Sequence record: MK327930.1
DNA from: Escherichia phage EdH4
Reading direction: 5' to 3' (one strand)
Length of the DNA stretch: 64,000 nt
Part shown: positions 43,269 through 52,880 of the stretch, piece after piece
How the letters are laid out: each line of letters begins with the position of its first letter
Position numbering within the stretch: position 1 is the stretch's first letter
The notes under the pieces: generated by a model
What the model saw: the letters and a program-made list of their open reading frames with translations, nothing else
The model's database searches: none
What the model was told of the DNA's origin: nothing
Translations under genes and position numbers: made by a program

Positions 43269-43735
43269 ATATGGACTACAGCTACTGCGGGGAAGAAGTC
43301 CCTTTTAATTACAGCAATCTTACCACGAGCAATCCATATGAGACTCGCCACGGCACGCACATCATTGCCATCGACTTTGATGGAACGTTTAATGCGAGCC
43401 CTTTCATCTTCTCCAGCCTGATCAGGGATCTGAAGAAGGAGGGGTGGACAGTCTACCTTGTGACTTTCCGATTCATTACTCAAGACAATGTAGACATTGA
43501 GTATTGGCGCAAGGAGCTCGATGTTGGTGTGTTCTACACAGGTGGTGTTCAGAAGGCAGCCTACCTGGCGCAGTTTGATATCTACCCAGATATCTGGGTT
43601 GATGATTCTCCGGCATGTATTCCGGCTAAGAATCAGTTAGAGTTTGCAATGAAGGAGATTGAGTATAAGTCTGAGGCTAAGCGGAACGGATGGCCCTTTA
43701 TTATTGAAGATTACCCAGATCCTGAACCGGAGTAA
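43265..43735 (+). CDS. HAD-superfamily phosphatase (5'-nucleotidase-like)
   Basis: HAD motif I IIAIDFDGTF; motif IV-like VDDSP. Confidence 0.6.
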   Translation: MNMDYSYCGEEVPFNYSNLTTSNPYETRHGTHIIAIDFDGTFNASPFIFSSLIRDLKKEGWTVYLVTFRFITQDNVDIEYWRKELDVGVFYTGGVQKAAYLAQFDIYPDIWVDDSPACIPAKNQLEFAMKEIEYKSEAKRNGWPFIIEDYPDPEPE

Positions 43736-43740
43736 GAGCC

Positions 43741-43911
43741 ATGAGGCGAAGATATCATTACCTGATGTGGAAGTTATATCAAAATGCTGCCAAAGCCTAT
43801 CATATCATGTTTGGCAATGACGATCACTACATCATGTTACATCTCACCGCTATTGAGCATCACAATGAGTGGATTCATGCAATCGTGGCAGGTGATAAAG
43901 ACTTTAAGTAA
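43741..43911 (+). CDS. Hypothetical 56-aa protein (below ORF-track cutoff)
   Basis: GGAG RBS then ATG; MRRRYHYLMWKLYQNAAKAYHIMFG... Confidence 0.35.
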   Translation: MRRRYHYLMWKLYQNAAKAYHIMFGNDDHYIMLHLTAIEHHNEWIHAIVAGDKDFK

Positions 43912-43961
43912 AGTATACCTCAAAAACGTATAGTGCGGCTTTCTAGACGGAGACTGATTAA

Positions 43962-44342
43962 ATGTGCAAGTGTAAATCCTATAATTGGAAAGTGAAAGGT
44001 GCCAAGCATCCAAATGTTATCGTTGATGTGCCTAAAAATCTTCGTGACGGCAAAAAACGTGTGTGCCTTGATAAGTGTATGGCTAAGCCTATCATGAGTT
44101 TGTGGGCAGCAGGTTTGAAAACGCTAAACTGCTGCTGTGGTCATAACAAAGATATTCCAAGCATCATTATCCCAGAAGATGCAGATCCTAAAGCTTATGC
44201 CAAAATACTGACCCGCTATCCCAGCACCTTCCTGATCGGAAAATGGTGTCACGATGAACTCCAATGGTGGATAGCCTATGGTAGTATAGGCACTACTTTT
44301 GGCTTCCCAGCTTTGTCAGAGCGCTATGTCAAAGTGTCATAA
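43962..44342 (+). CDS. Cys-rich protein
   Basis: 126 aa; CKCK...CLDKC...CCCGH; followed by hairpin aggcctcaaacgaggcct. Confidence 0.55.
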   Translation: MCKCKSYNWKVKGAKHPNVIVDVPKNLRDGKKRVCLDKCMAKPIMSLWAAGLKTLNCCCGHNKDIPSIIIPEDADPKAYAKILTRYPSTFLIGKWCHDELQWWIAYGSIGTTFGFPALSERYVKVS

Positions 44343-44446
44343 TAGAATTTAAGGCCTCAAACGAGGCCTGTGCCTTCATAAATTTCTCCACCCTGTGCGA
44401 TTGCCTTCCTGAATAAAATACCCTCTCAGATCTCTTAAAATTAAGC

Positions 44447-44475
44447 TTGACACCACCACCAGATCTATATATAAT
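44447..44475 (+). promoter_or_regulatory. Sigma70 consensus promoter TTGACA-N17-TATAAT
   Basis: Perfect -35 and -10; the track's TTG start at 44447 is the -35 hexamer. Confidence 0.6.
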
Positions 44476-44503
44476 TCTCACCAACCAAACAGAGGAGATC
44501 GTC

Positions 44504-44911
44504 ATGGATAATCTTGCAGATGTAAATGTCGAAATTGTTAAACTAAAGTTCTTGGGCTTTCGAGACCCTTATTCTTTAACAGCCATACTAATGGATACTC
44601 ACTTCACACCAGGTAAAGAGTACACTGCCTTCCGTTATATTTGCGGAGATCACGAATCAGCTTACAGTGTGAATACAAACCTCGGCGAGGGATATTTCAT
44701 CAGAGATATCACAGATCACTTGTGGGGTATGTGGGAGTTGGTGGAGGAAGAGAATAAATCCCTTCCTAAAGAGATTTGGGTGCACACCTTCCACACAGGT
44801 AAGTTTGGAGGTACGGAACATAAGTCTATCCACTATGATGAAGAAAGTGCCATCAAACAACAAGCTGTGCTTGGTGGATCTATAGAAAAATTTGTTAAAT
44901 GCGAGGACTGA
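44504..44911 (+). CDS. Hypothetical protein (start moved to the ATG with an AGAGGAG RBS)
   Basis: MDNLADVNVEIVKLKF...; 135 aa. Confidence 0.55.
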   Translation: MDNLADVNVEIVKLKFLGFRDPYSLTAILMDTHFTPGKEYTAFRYICGDHESAYSVNTNLGEGYFIRDITDHLWGMWELVEEENKSLPKEIWVHTFHTGKFGGTEHKSIHYDEESAIKQQAVLGGSIEKFVKCED

Positions 44912-44914
44912 GAA

Positions 44915-45115
44915 ATGGCTGATTTTTGTAAAGATTGCTCTGAAGAGTTGTTTGGCTTTGACTGCAAAGATTTGGAAGGTCTGATCACTGAGGATCAGTG
45001 GAAGGAAGGCTATGCAGCACCTGTTATTTGTGAAGGTTGTGGCTATACCTATGTTGACCATAAAGGTAAGCGCGTCAAGCCGTCTGAAGATGGGGCATGT
45101 TGGGAGTATTACTAA
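44915..45115 (+). CDS. Small zinc-ribbon protein
   Basis: CKDC...CEGCG...C; 66 aa. Confidence 0.5.
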   Translation: MADFCKDCSEELFGFDCKDLEGLITEDQWKEGYAAPVICEGCGYTYVDHKGKRVKPSEDGACWEYY

Positions 45116-45117
45116 CT

Positions 45118-45150
45118 ATAAAAAGAAAGGGGCCGTTTGGCCCCTTTTTA
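45118..45150. terminator. Bidirectional rho-independent terminator between convergent gene blocks
   Basis: aaaagaaaggggccgtttggcccctttttattt: hairpin flanked by an A-run and a T-run. Confidence 0.75.
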
Positions 45151-45162
45151 TTTACCCCCTTG

Positions 45163-48100
45163 TTAACGAGAAAAGGTTGCGTAGGCTTCTAGACGATACT
45201 GCTGGTCACCAGGGAACATAACACCTATAGAGGCTGTCCCTAGAATCCTGCCTTCCTTTCCAGACTCCATTCTGAACCCTACCCATCCTGAACTCCTTGC
45301 AGCCTCGATGTTGTCGCTATACCCGAAAGTGGCAAGATCGTCAACACCAGCCCCAAACAGCAACTGAAGCTGACTTCTCGGAAGCCCTATAATTTCAGGA
45401 ATATACGCACCAAAGTACACCATCTGCCCTACCTTAGGACCGCTGCCGTACTCCATCGGTTTGCTTGTAGAGAAAGTCTTCATACCAGAAGTACCTGCCG
45501 GATTAGGGTATGCCCCGTTTGTTGCTGTACCTATCCACATTCTCCACTGTGGTGCCATCTGTTTGACAGTAAAAGATGTTGAAGACGTTTTGCGCCCTGC
45601 ATCATCAGTAACTACAAACTTTATGGTGACATTCCCAGTAGCTTTAAATGTTACCAGCCCTGTGGCAGCATCCACTGTTGCAATGTTGGTATTACTACTT
45701 TCCCAAGTCTTTCTAATACCGGATACGTTGGAAGGGGTAATAGAAGGTTCCTGCATCTGCAGTTTACCACCCACAATCCCTATGCCGTTACCTGGATTAT
45801 ACAGCACACCAACCTCGTCTACAATGTTCCCTGCTTTGAGACTATACTTCCTTGAGAAGTTGTAGGTTCCGTTATAAGTGTGTGTCCCTGAGAAGGTGAC
45901 ATCTGCCTTCCCGTAAGAGATGCAAACCAAAGCATACTTCCTGTCAGGCAACGTTTCTCCAGTCTCTGGGTGAGTTTTACCTACCTGGAACACACTCGGG
46001 TCAGTAGAGTCGTGACTATCACTAACGGCGCTTGGACCGCCCATCAACTGTGACAAACAATTCCTTACCCATGTCCAGTTATTATCGCTGGAGAAGTCCA
46101 CAGTCAAATCAAACACAACCCACTCATTTGGCTTCCACACAGGTGTTGTAATGGACTTGCCTACACCACCTCCTTGGAGTGTTGCCGACTGTTCAGTGAT
46201 CAGGGCCGCATAGGCCAGAGTTCCTAAACTCAGAGTCTGGCTTGCTGTCCTCACTACCTTAGAATCAGCATCTGTGAAGTTGTTGATGATTTGGAATGTG
46301 CCATAAGTGTTTTTACAGGTAATTCTGGCGTTCAGTGTGTCAATCTTCCTCACATCTGCCATAGCAGTGTTAGACACAGAGAAGTCAGAAGCTTTAGCTG
46401 AGTTTGCCGCAACAGCAGGATCAACGTTAAGAGTTGCGTTGAACTGACAGGCAGGGGTAACCAGCAGCTTGTTATCACCTATTTGCTTCCATGAAATACT
46501 TTGGACAGGTAGATTCCATTTAATACCTGAGAAAACTTTAGCAACCCTTGGCCCCAAAGCTCCAGTCCTGTTGTCTTTACAGCACATAGACATAGTGATC
46601 GTTGACGGAGTTGCCTGACCGAACAATTCCTGTGCTTTTGCAGAGGACATAGTGTAGAAATTGTCCTTAACAAACTCATCAGCGGCTAAAGATCCGTCAG
46701 CCCTCCACCACTGCACCTGGTACCCGGTCTTATCCCAGCCACCGACCTGCTTCAGGTCTTCCCAGGAGATTTCCAGATCCCCAGTGGTAGGGTTGATTGC
46801 AGCAGCTCCTGGTGTTCCAGAGGACCATAATGGGATATCGAACCACGCTGGTTTAGCAGACTGCACTGCACTAGGCCCTATTGCAGCAGCAAGTTGCTGG
46901 CCCATCAATACACGAGCATCTTTCACCAGACCCCACTCGATCATGGACCCGGAGTAACCTTCTTTCTTGTAGGCTGAGGATCCGTTCAAATGGATGAGTC
47001 GGCTTGTGCCAAAGTTATATGCTCCACCACCGTTGTCGTCTGCAAAATTGTATATAACCCTATCTCTGATATCTTTCCATGCTCTACCGCCAATCTCGTA
47101 GTCATGGTCATAACATCTTTGCAATGTTGTCCAGCAAATGATCGCCATCCTTCTGCCGTCACTAAAGCCAAAGGCCTGATCGTTAAGCTCTCTCCACAAG
47201 TAGCAGTTAGTGGTCCACATAGCTCTGTGAATGTTGAACCAATTTATAGACCTGGCTGCATTGTTGTAGGCGGTGCCTTCTAGCGTAGGCCACACTGCAT
47301 TAACCAGCATATCCTCTGTCCCTGCGTCTATCAGGAATCCTCTCACTTTCTTACCCATTCCTATCCTATCCTTGGCAATCCATGAGCCGAACAATTTCAG
47401 TTTAGGACCGATTACGGCATCCTCTGGATGCTCAAGAGAGACATACTTCAAGTATACTGTAGGATCACCGTAGGTGCCATCACAAACAGCTTTGTGCATG
47501 TTTTCACCAAGGTCCAGACGGATACCTGTGAGAGTTTTGGTATCATCTGTGAACTTATCTGTCAAATCAAACTCGTACCACCACCACCCGGCTCCAAGTA
47601 AAACTTTCTTACAGCGCTTGGAGTCTGTGTCGGAGATTCTTTTATCCCCTGCATATGGTGAGTCTGCAAACTGGTAGTGCAGAGCAACTTCAAAAGGATG
47701 TGTGGATGTTCCGTTTTCTGCAAGAACTTGCTTCCCGATCAGATCGCATTTAATAATCATCACGACACGTCTGTATCCATTGGCAACTGGAACGTCGAAC
47801 GGATACCTCGCACCATCCATATTCGCATGCAAAGCTGCGAAATTTATGTATGGGTCAACAGCGTTACCTAAAGTTTCAGGCCCTGGGATCATCTTGTACT
47901 TCTTGACCTGTCCCATAATATAGTCGCTGCCGTAGGTTGCAGCCTCGAAGCAAGAGCCGCTGTCAGGCAGTTCAGCAGGCCCCCAAAAGTATGCTCCGTA
48001 ACAATTATAGAACCATTTGTTAGGGTCGTAGTTATTCTTGAAGGTCTGAACCTCGTTGGCCTGTTTTGTCAAGAAAACCTGCGTATCTGTAAAGATTGCA

Positions 48101-50799
48101 GGATTTACCCTTGCCTGACGCGGAGGGTAACCTGTAGTTTGGTTAAACCACAAATTACAAGAGTAATCCCTCATATAGTCATAATCAGAGTATTTGTTTG
48201 CATCCTCGTTCCAACACATGTTCAGGTTGGTACCGCCCATGCATACAATATATTCTGCGACATACTTATCACTTCTGGTAGGAATACCTATGAACCATCT
48301 GTTAACAGGTTCATCCCAAGCTGTGCGCTCATCTTTAACGCAGATAGCAATCCAGTCATGTGTTCCTGTTTTCTTGCACACATCCCGCTTCATACCATAG
48401 TAGAACTCTTTAGTATTCGGCTCAGGTGCATTTATCAGGTAACTCCATGCCTGATTTGCATAAGTTCCATTGGTGCGTGGATCATGATCAAAGGCATACA
48501 TGATGATCCTTTCCCCACCAAGATGTTCGCCAAGAGTAACTTTGACATTCACATCGCCGTAACCATTGCGAACAACATCCATATTGTCAATAGATATACC
48601 TCTGGGAGTGTAGGCAATCTTCAGTGAGTTATCCTCACTAGTGCCACCAAGTGTAATCCCTATGTTGTTTGTTGTCCCATCGGCATATCTTACTGTAGCT
48701 TCCCAGCGTATTCCGAAATATCCTACATCATGGCTGACAATTTTCAGTGTACGAGCGCCAGGGTGAGGTTTTCCAGGATCAGGCCAAGGGTCTGGGTGTT
48801 CGTGGACAGTCAACGACGTTCCGTTTTGCTCGTTAACCTGCAACATTTTACCACCTCTGCCGTTAGGGTTGAACTCCCATACGGCCTGTGTCTGCACCAA
48901 GTTGTTGTAGGTATTTCGTCTCTGATCATAAATCTCTTGGGTAACATCATAAGTGACTGATCCAGCATCCATTCTGTGGAGTCGGACCATATACGATGTA
49001 TCCCCTTCTACTGCAGGCTGAGTCCCATTCAGTCCGAAGTATACAGTATCGTTAACATGGAACTGCTTGTTTCTACCAACGGTATGCCACTTGCCGTTGG
49101 ACGGATACGCAGGAACTATGGTGTTCCAGTTCAAAGTCCTTGTTGTGTGAGTTCTGCCTGTGCCATGCTTGTCATGATAGGTTATTTTTACAGAGTACAG
49201 GCCACGTCTGTTAACATTTCTGTTATACTGGGTAACAACAACTTCATTGGCCCCGCCGTGGTTCCAGTTGGTGGAGAATTGGTAATTTGCATCTGTAACA
49301 ACCGTACCTGCAGCATTCACCAGTTCAATCTTGTCAATGATGAACGTAGCTCCCTCTGGCTGAGGCTTCAATTTCATCTTGACCGTGTCACCAATGTAGA
49401 TATTGCTAACACTGCTAACACCATTAACGTCGAAAATATCATCAACGCCCCAACTGTCTACTGGGACATTTTTATACCAATTCTCAGGAACCTCTGTGAA
49501 CCCCTGACTATTAAGTCTGCCGCCAAACAGGTTATTAGAGCCTGTAAAACTTCCCCTTGGGATACCTGACCACCAAAGTTTACCATTAACAACAGTAAAG
49601 GTCCCTAAGAAACCTTCTCTGTGGATGCCTTGGAAATAAACACTCTCTGTCCAGCTGACTGGCAGGCGTTGCTCAACATATTTAGCTGTAGCAAGAGCTT
49701 GATAGTGGATAAAATCGGCCCTAGGACTATTGTTTGCAGATTGTGCACCAATATCATTACATAAGTTGCGAGAGAACCCACGATACTGCTTAGTGCCATT
49801 ATTGAAGAAAATGCCACTTGTGCCGTACCCACGAGCCATCATTACCTCATGGGTGTAGGTGATATTCAGTTCCCGCCATGTATCATCTCCCCAAATGTTT
49901 TGACCATAAAATACGTTAACAAGCTGCTGGTCATCGGGTCTATGCATCCTCTGTGTAGCAATTACTGCCCCGTTAGGACCACACATAAACCCTTTCCACT
50001 CCTCATCTGCAGGAATGCCCCTCAAATCGTTACGAGTAATCTGCACAGGAGGCCAAACAAGGTCGTTTCTACTGTTATTTCTCAGAAAGTCGTATCCAGC
50101 AATCCAGAAACCCCTAGGACCACCGAAAATAACAGAGTTGTCATGCACCTCACAGTTGATGCTTGGGTTTTTCCAAGGGCCTGTTTCAGGATCTTCCGAT
50201 GTCTCACCAATCTTTACAGGGGTTGCATGCTGATTTTTATCTACATGCAAAGATCCGTAGGTGTTGTTACCAGATCCATACAGGTTAAGTATGCCAGCAC
50301 CTTCTGCCTCTGCAATAACCCAGACAGTGTTGTTAATACCGCCCATCACCTCAATAAGGCGTTCTGGGTGGGTGTCAAGGTGCAATCCTTTAACAATCTG
50401 CTCTGGGAGTGGTGTCCACTCGTTTACGCAAACATCATTACCGCCTGCCGCAGTGGATCCGATAAGACCTGCAGTGCAGCCGATGTAGAAAAACTGGTTA
50501 TCAAAAGTCCGGATCACAAACGCGCGGTCTGCTCTCCACACATGATCAACATTCCAGGCTGTTTCGCTCGGATAGTTTATAGGGCTACGATCCCCAGTGC
50601 GGCACTCTCCGAACTTGTTATAGCCAGTAATATTAAGCTGACCATCATCAAAAAGTATAGCTAAGCTATTTACATAGGATACTGTGTTGCTTGTACCATC
50701 ACTGTTGTCTATTGGGTATGACAGAACAGCAAGTTCCTTAATTCCACCCCTCTTATCGAGGAAATGACGACCAAGTTTTAGCAAAGGGATTGGAAGCAT
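45163..50799 (-). CDS. Very large tail fibre or host-range protein with C-terminal Ig-like (BIG2-type) domain
   Basis: 1878 aa; C-terminal NVSGIRKTWESSNTNIATVDAATGLVTFKATGNVTIKFVVTDDAGRKTSSTSFTV resembles a bacterial Ig-like fold; last gene of the tail module. Confidence 0.6.
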   Translation of the reverse strand: MLPIPLLKLGRHFLDKRGGIKELAVLSYPIDNSDGTSNTVSYVNSLAILFDDGQLNITGYNKFGECRTGDRSPINYPSETAWNVDHVWRADRAFVIRTFDNQFFYIGCTAGLIGSTAAGGNDVCVNEWTPLPEQIVKGLHLDTHPERLIEVMGGINNTVWVIAEAEGAGILNLYGSGNNTYGSLHVDKNQHATPVKIGETSEDPETGPWKNPSINCEVHDNSVIFGGPRGFWIAGYDFLRNNSRNDLVWPPVQITRNDLRGIPADEEWKGFMCGPNGAVIATQRMHRPDDQQLVNVFYGQNIWGDDTWRELNITYTHEVMMARGYGTSGIFFNNGTKQYRGFSRNLCNDIGAQSANNSPRADFIHYQALATAKYVEQRLPVSWTESVYFQGIHREGFLGTFTVVNGKLWWSGIPRGSFTGSNNLFGGRLNSQGFTEVPENWYKNVPVDSWGVDDIFDVNGVSSVSNIYIGDTVKMKLKPQPEGATFIIDKIELVNAAGTVVTDANYQFSTNWNHGGANEVVVTQYNRNVNRRGLYSVKITYHDKHGTGRTHTTRTLNWNTIVPAYPSNGKWHTVGRNKQFHVNDTVYFGLNGTQPAVEGDTSYMVRLHRMDAGSVTYDVTQEIYDQRRNTYNNLVQTQAVWEFNPNGRGGKMLQVNEQNGTSLTVHEHPDPWPDPGKPHPGARTLKIVSHDVGYFGIRWEATVRYADGTTNNIGITLGGTSEDNSLKIAYTPRGISIDNMDVVRNGYGDVNVKVTLGEHLGGERIIMYAFDHDPRTNGTYANQAWSYLINAPEPNTKEFYYGMKRDVCKKTGTHDWIAICVKDERTAWDEPVNRWFIGIPTRSDKYVAEYIVCMGGTNLNMCWNEDANKYSDYDYMRDYSCNLWFNQTTGYPPRQARVNPAIFTDTQVFLTKQANEVQTFKNNYDPNKWFYNCYGAYFWGPAELPDSGSCFEAATYGSDYIMGQVKKYKMIPGPETLGNAVDPYINFAALHANMDGARYPFDVPVANGYRRVVMIIKCDLIGKQVLAENGTSTHPFEVALHYQFADSPYAGDKRISDTDSKRCKKVLLGAGWWWYEFDLTDKFTDDTKTLTGIRLDLGENMHKAVCDGTYGDPTVYLKYVSLEHPEDAVIGPKLKLFGSWIAKDRIGMGKKVRGFLIDAGTEDMLVNAVWPTLEGTAYNNAARSINWFNIHRAMWTTNCYLWRELNDQAFGFSDGRRMAIICWTTLQRCYDHDYEIGGRAWKDIRDRVIYNFADDNGGGAYNFGTSRLIHLNGSSAYKKEGYSGSMIEWGLVKDARVLMGQQLAAAIGPSAVQSAKPAWFDIPLWSSGTPGAAAINPTTGDLEISWEDLKQVGGWDKTGYQVQWWRADGSLAADEFVKDNFYTMSSAKAQELFGQATPSTITMSMCCKDNRTGALGPRVAKVFSGIKWNLPVQSISWKQIGDNKLLVTPACQFNATLNVDPAVAANSAKASDFSVSNTAMADVRKIDTLNARITCKNTYGTFQIINNFTDADSKVVRTASQTLSLGTLAYAALITEQSATLQGGGVGKSITTPVWKPNEWVVFDLTVDFSSDNNWTWVRNCLSQLMGGPSAVSDSHDSTDPSVFQVGKTHPETGETLPDRKYALVCISYGKADVTFSGTHTYNGTYNFSRKYSLKAGNIVDEVGVLYNPGNGIGIVGGKLQMQEPSITPSNVSGIRKTWESSNTNIATVDAATGLVTFKATGNVTIKFVVTDDAGRKTSSTSFTVKQMAPQWRMWIGTATNGAYPNPAGTSGMKTFSTSKPMEYGSGPKVGQMVYFGAYIPEIIGLPRSQLQLLFGAGVDDLATFGYSDNIEAARSSGWVGFRMESGKEGRILGTASIGVMFPGDQQYRLEAYATFSR

Positions 50800-50810
50800 T
50801 GTGTTCTCCA

Positions 50811-50840
50811 GATAAGAAAACCGCCCCGTCAGGAGCGGTT
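50811..50840 (-). terminator. Putative terminator between the 581-aa fibre gene and the 1878-aa gene
   Basis: aaccgc-N10-gcggtt hairpin followed by T-rich sequence on minus. Confidence 0.45.
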
Positions 50841-50847
50841 AGATATA

Positions 50848-52593
50848 TTAACGTTGTGCAATTACTACGTCTACGATATCACCAACACCACAATACGTTA
50901 ATTGCAGCAAGGTAACACTGTTAGCCTTGTTGTTAATAACAGGTGTTGCCGACAGGATAGCATACTTATCGTGCAAAGTCACGTTGTGACCTACAGCATC
51001 CTGAATTACATAGATAACCGCAGTGAATGGATAAGGTTTATCTTCCGCTGATGTCCCAGGCCACTGCCCTATTGTAAAATCCCCTTTAGCGTGGACAACA
51101 TACATACTGGCCTGCCCGTTAGGTGTCCATGTCCCACTGGACGCGTCAACCTCCTCTAAATCGAAATCTACCTTCCCTGCGTGGAAAGTAGGGGCAGTGA
51201 TGGTTTTACCAGCCTCAATTTCTTGAGAGGTGGTTATCTTACCACTGGAGTTAATGCCATTACAAACAAAGTTGACATTAGAGAAGTCTGGCAGCCACCC
51301 GGTCACTGTGCCGGATATTTCAAGATTGTGAAGGTGGGTGGTGCCAGTCCCTGCGGCGTTTAAACTAACATCTCCATTTACCTGCAAGTTTCTGGTAATG
51401 TTGCAGTTTTCAGAGTTTGCAGTTGTTGCAGTTAAAGTGGTGGTGGTCAGCTCGGTAATTGTACCTCTATTGGCTGTAAGCCCTTCTCCTTCAAAAGTTG
51501 CACGCTCATTGACTCTTAGAGTATTCAGAGCTATATTTTGGATAGAGGCTGTACCTCGAATAACTACAGACCCGCCAACCTCCAAATCGCCATTTATCAA
51601 TGCATCACCCGTGCTTTCAATATAGCTAGGGTAGATCATGGTGCCATCGACAGAGTATGTTATCCCTGTAACGGTACCTGTCACCTCAAGGTTCTTAACC
51701 CTGGTGGTCCCATCGACCTGCAATGTCGGTTCGGTTGCTGCCTTCATGGCATTACCACGAATGTACACGTAGTCAAAAAAGTTATTACCTAGACCATCAA
51801 AATGCACATCGTTATTATTAGCCACTGGTTTCCCAGAAGTTATAGTGTCAGCTATAATCCTGTGGGTGGACACTTCATGAGGTTGCAGCTCTGTGCTTCT
51901 CCAGTCTGCATGCTTAGGATCGCTCCACGCAAAAGTAAGTGTAGAAGTATTTGCCGTGAGGATTAGATTCCTGAAGCGTGCAGTAGAATCTGCTCCATTA
52001 ACAGGCCCATGTAAGGTGAGGGTGCCACCGACTATGGTGTTAGCGAGTTCTGTAAGACCTTTTACCACCAAAGACCCTACAGTAACTTTCATCCCCTCCA
52101 TGGCTTTAAATATACTATCAACATAGTCAACAACAAACTCTGTGTTTGCTATGGACTCTGACTTATCGTCCATTGGAGGTGTAGGTACTCGCGGGTCACC
52201 TTCGAACCTCGGGCTGTTAAGTTTTGCGTAGTATTTTGCCATTACTGCAGAGTCGGTATATAATCTCCAGTTTGGAGATTGTGAAGGATCTGCTGGCATT
52301 CTAACCGGGTTAGATTTTGATGCTGCGGGAGCGTACCACCACTGAGGACCTGTATCCCCCTTAAACTCATACAGCTGGTTAAAAACTGTTGTGGATGCAC
52401 CATACGCCCAAGGGATCGGTGGCGTTTTAAAATAAAGGGTGTCAAGCATGGCTTTTCGTACCGTAGGGATGGTGGTCCCATCCTCTACGACAACTTCATC
52501 CACAGCGTTACCGTTGACAATCAGGTGCAAACGTTCAGAATCAACAATTACTTGATCTACCGCCTGCTCAAAGCTTGTCATGTCTTGCGCCAT
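50848..52593 (-). CDS. Tail fibre protein with beta-helix-like repeats
   Basis: 581 aa; Thr/Gly/Asn-rich repeats (TLQVDGTTRVKNLEVTGTVTGITYSVDG...). Confidence 0.6.
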   Translation of the reverse strand: MAQDMTSFEQAVDQVIVDSERLHLIVNGNAVDEVVVEDGTTIPTVRKAMLDTLYFKTPPIPWAYGASTTVFNQLYEFKGDTGPQWWYAPAASKSNPVRMPADPSQSPNWRLYTDSAVMAKYYAKLNSPRFEGDPRVPTPPMDDKSESIANTEFVVDYVDSIFKAMEGMKVTVGSLVVKGLTELANTIVGGTLTLHGPVNGADSTARFRNLILTANTSTLTFAWSDPKHADWRSTELQPHEVSTHRIIADTITSGKPVANNNDVHFDGLGNNFFDYVYIRGNAMKAATEPTLQVDGTTRVKNLEVTGTVTGITYSVDGTMIYPSYIESTGDALINGDLEVGGSVVIRGTASIQNIALNTLRVNERATFEGEGLTANRGTITELTTTTLTATTANSENCNITRNLQVNGDVSLNAAGTGTTHLHNLEISGTVTGWLPDFSNVNFVCNGINSSGKITTSQEIEAGKTITAPTFHAGKVDFDLEEVDASSGTWTPNGQASMYVVHAKGDFTIGQWPGTSAEDKPYPFTAVIYVIQDAVGHNVTLHDKYAILSATPVINNKANSVTLLQLTYCGVGDIVDVVIAQR

Positions 52594-52602
52594 GATTTCT
52601 CC

Positions 52603-52869
52603 TTAAGCTTTTTGCTCTTCGTTTTTAACGTGGTCAGGGTGCTGGCAACCCCACCGGAGCGAGATGAATTTGCTAATAAGCTGGGGGCAAGCTACTGAAG
52701 GCGCGTATATCCACGCATACCATTCAGGAAGCGTATCATTATACCCCATATGAATAAACACCCCAGTCATCACCGCCATGCCTATGTTCGACCATAGCTT
52801 AGATTGGGACACTTTCGTAGGGTCATCAGATGCCGCAACCAGTCCCCATAAAAACTGAGTTAGTTTCAT
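52603..52869 (-). CDS. Small membrane protein embedded in the tail-fibre module
   Basis: 88 aa; hydrophobic segments LWGLVAA and IGMAVMTGVFIHM. Confidence 0.5.
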   Translation of the reverse strand: MKLTQFLWGLVAASDDPTKVSQSKLWSNIGMAVMTGVFIHMGYNDTLPEWYAWIYAPSVACPQLISKFISLRWGCQHPDHVKNEEQKA

Positions 52870-52880
52870 TTACCCTCTTT

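Noticed and set aside
43962-44342. Cys-rich 126-aa protein as an M15-family peptidase endolysin
   Set aside because: The zinc-ligand motifs of M15 peptidases could not be aligned convincingly; left as an unassigned Cys-rich protein.
44447-44503. N-terminal extension of ORF 44447..44911 from a TTG start
   Set aside because: The TTG is the first half of a perfect TTGACA -35 hexamer; the real start is the ATG at 44504 with an AGAGGAG RBS.
45461-50664. Several plus-strand ORFs of 60-270 aa (for example 48976..49569, 49849..50664)
   Set aside because: All lie antisense within the 1878-aa fibre gene; typical shadow ORFs of a long coding region.
45163-50799. 1878-aa protein as an Rhs/polymorphic toxin
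   Set aside because: No YD-repeat pattern or C-terminal toxin-like module seen; the position at the end of the tail operon and the Ig-like domain favour a fibre or adhesin.
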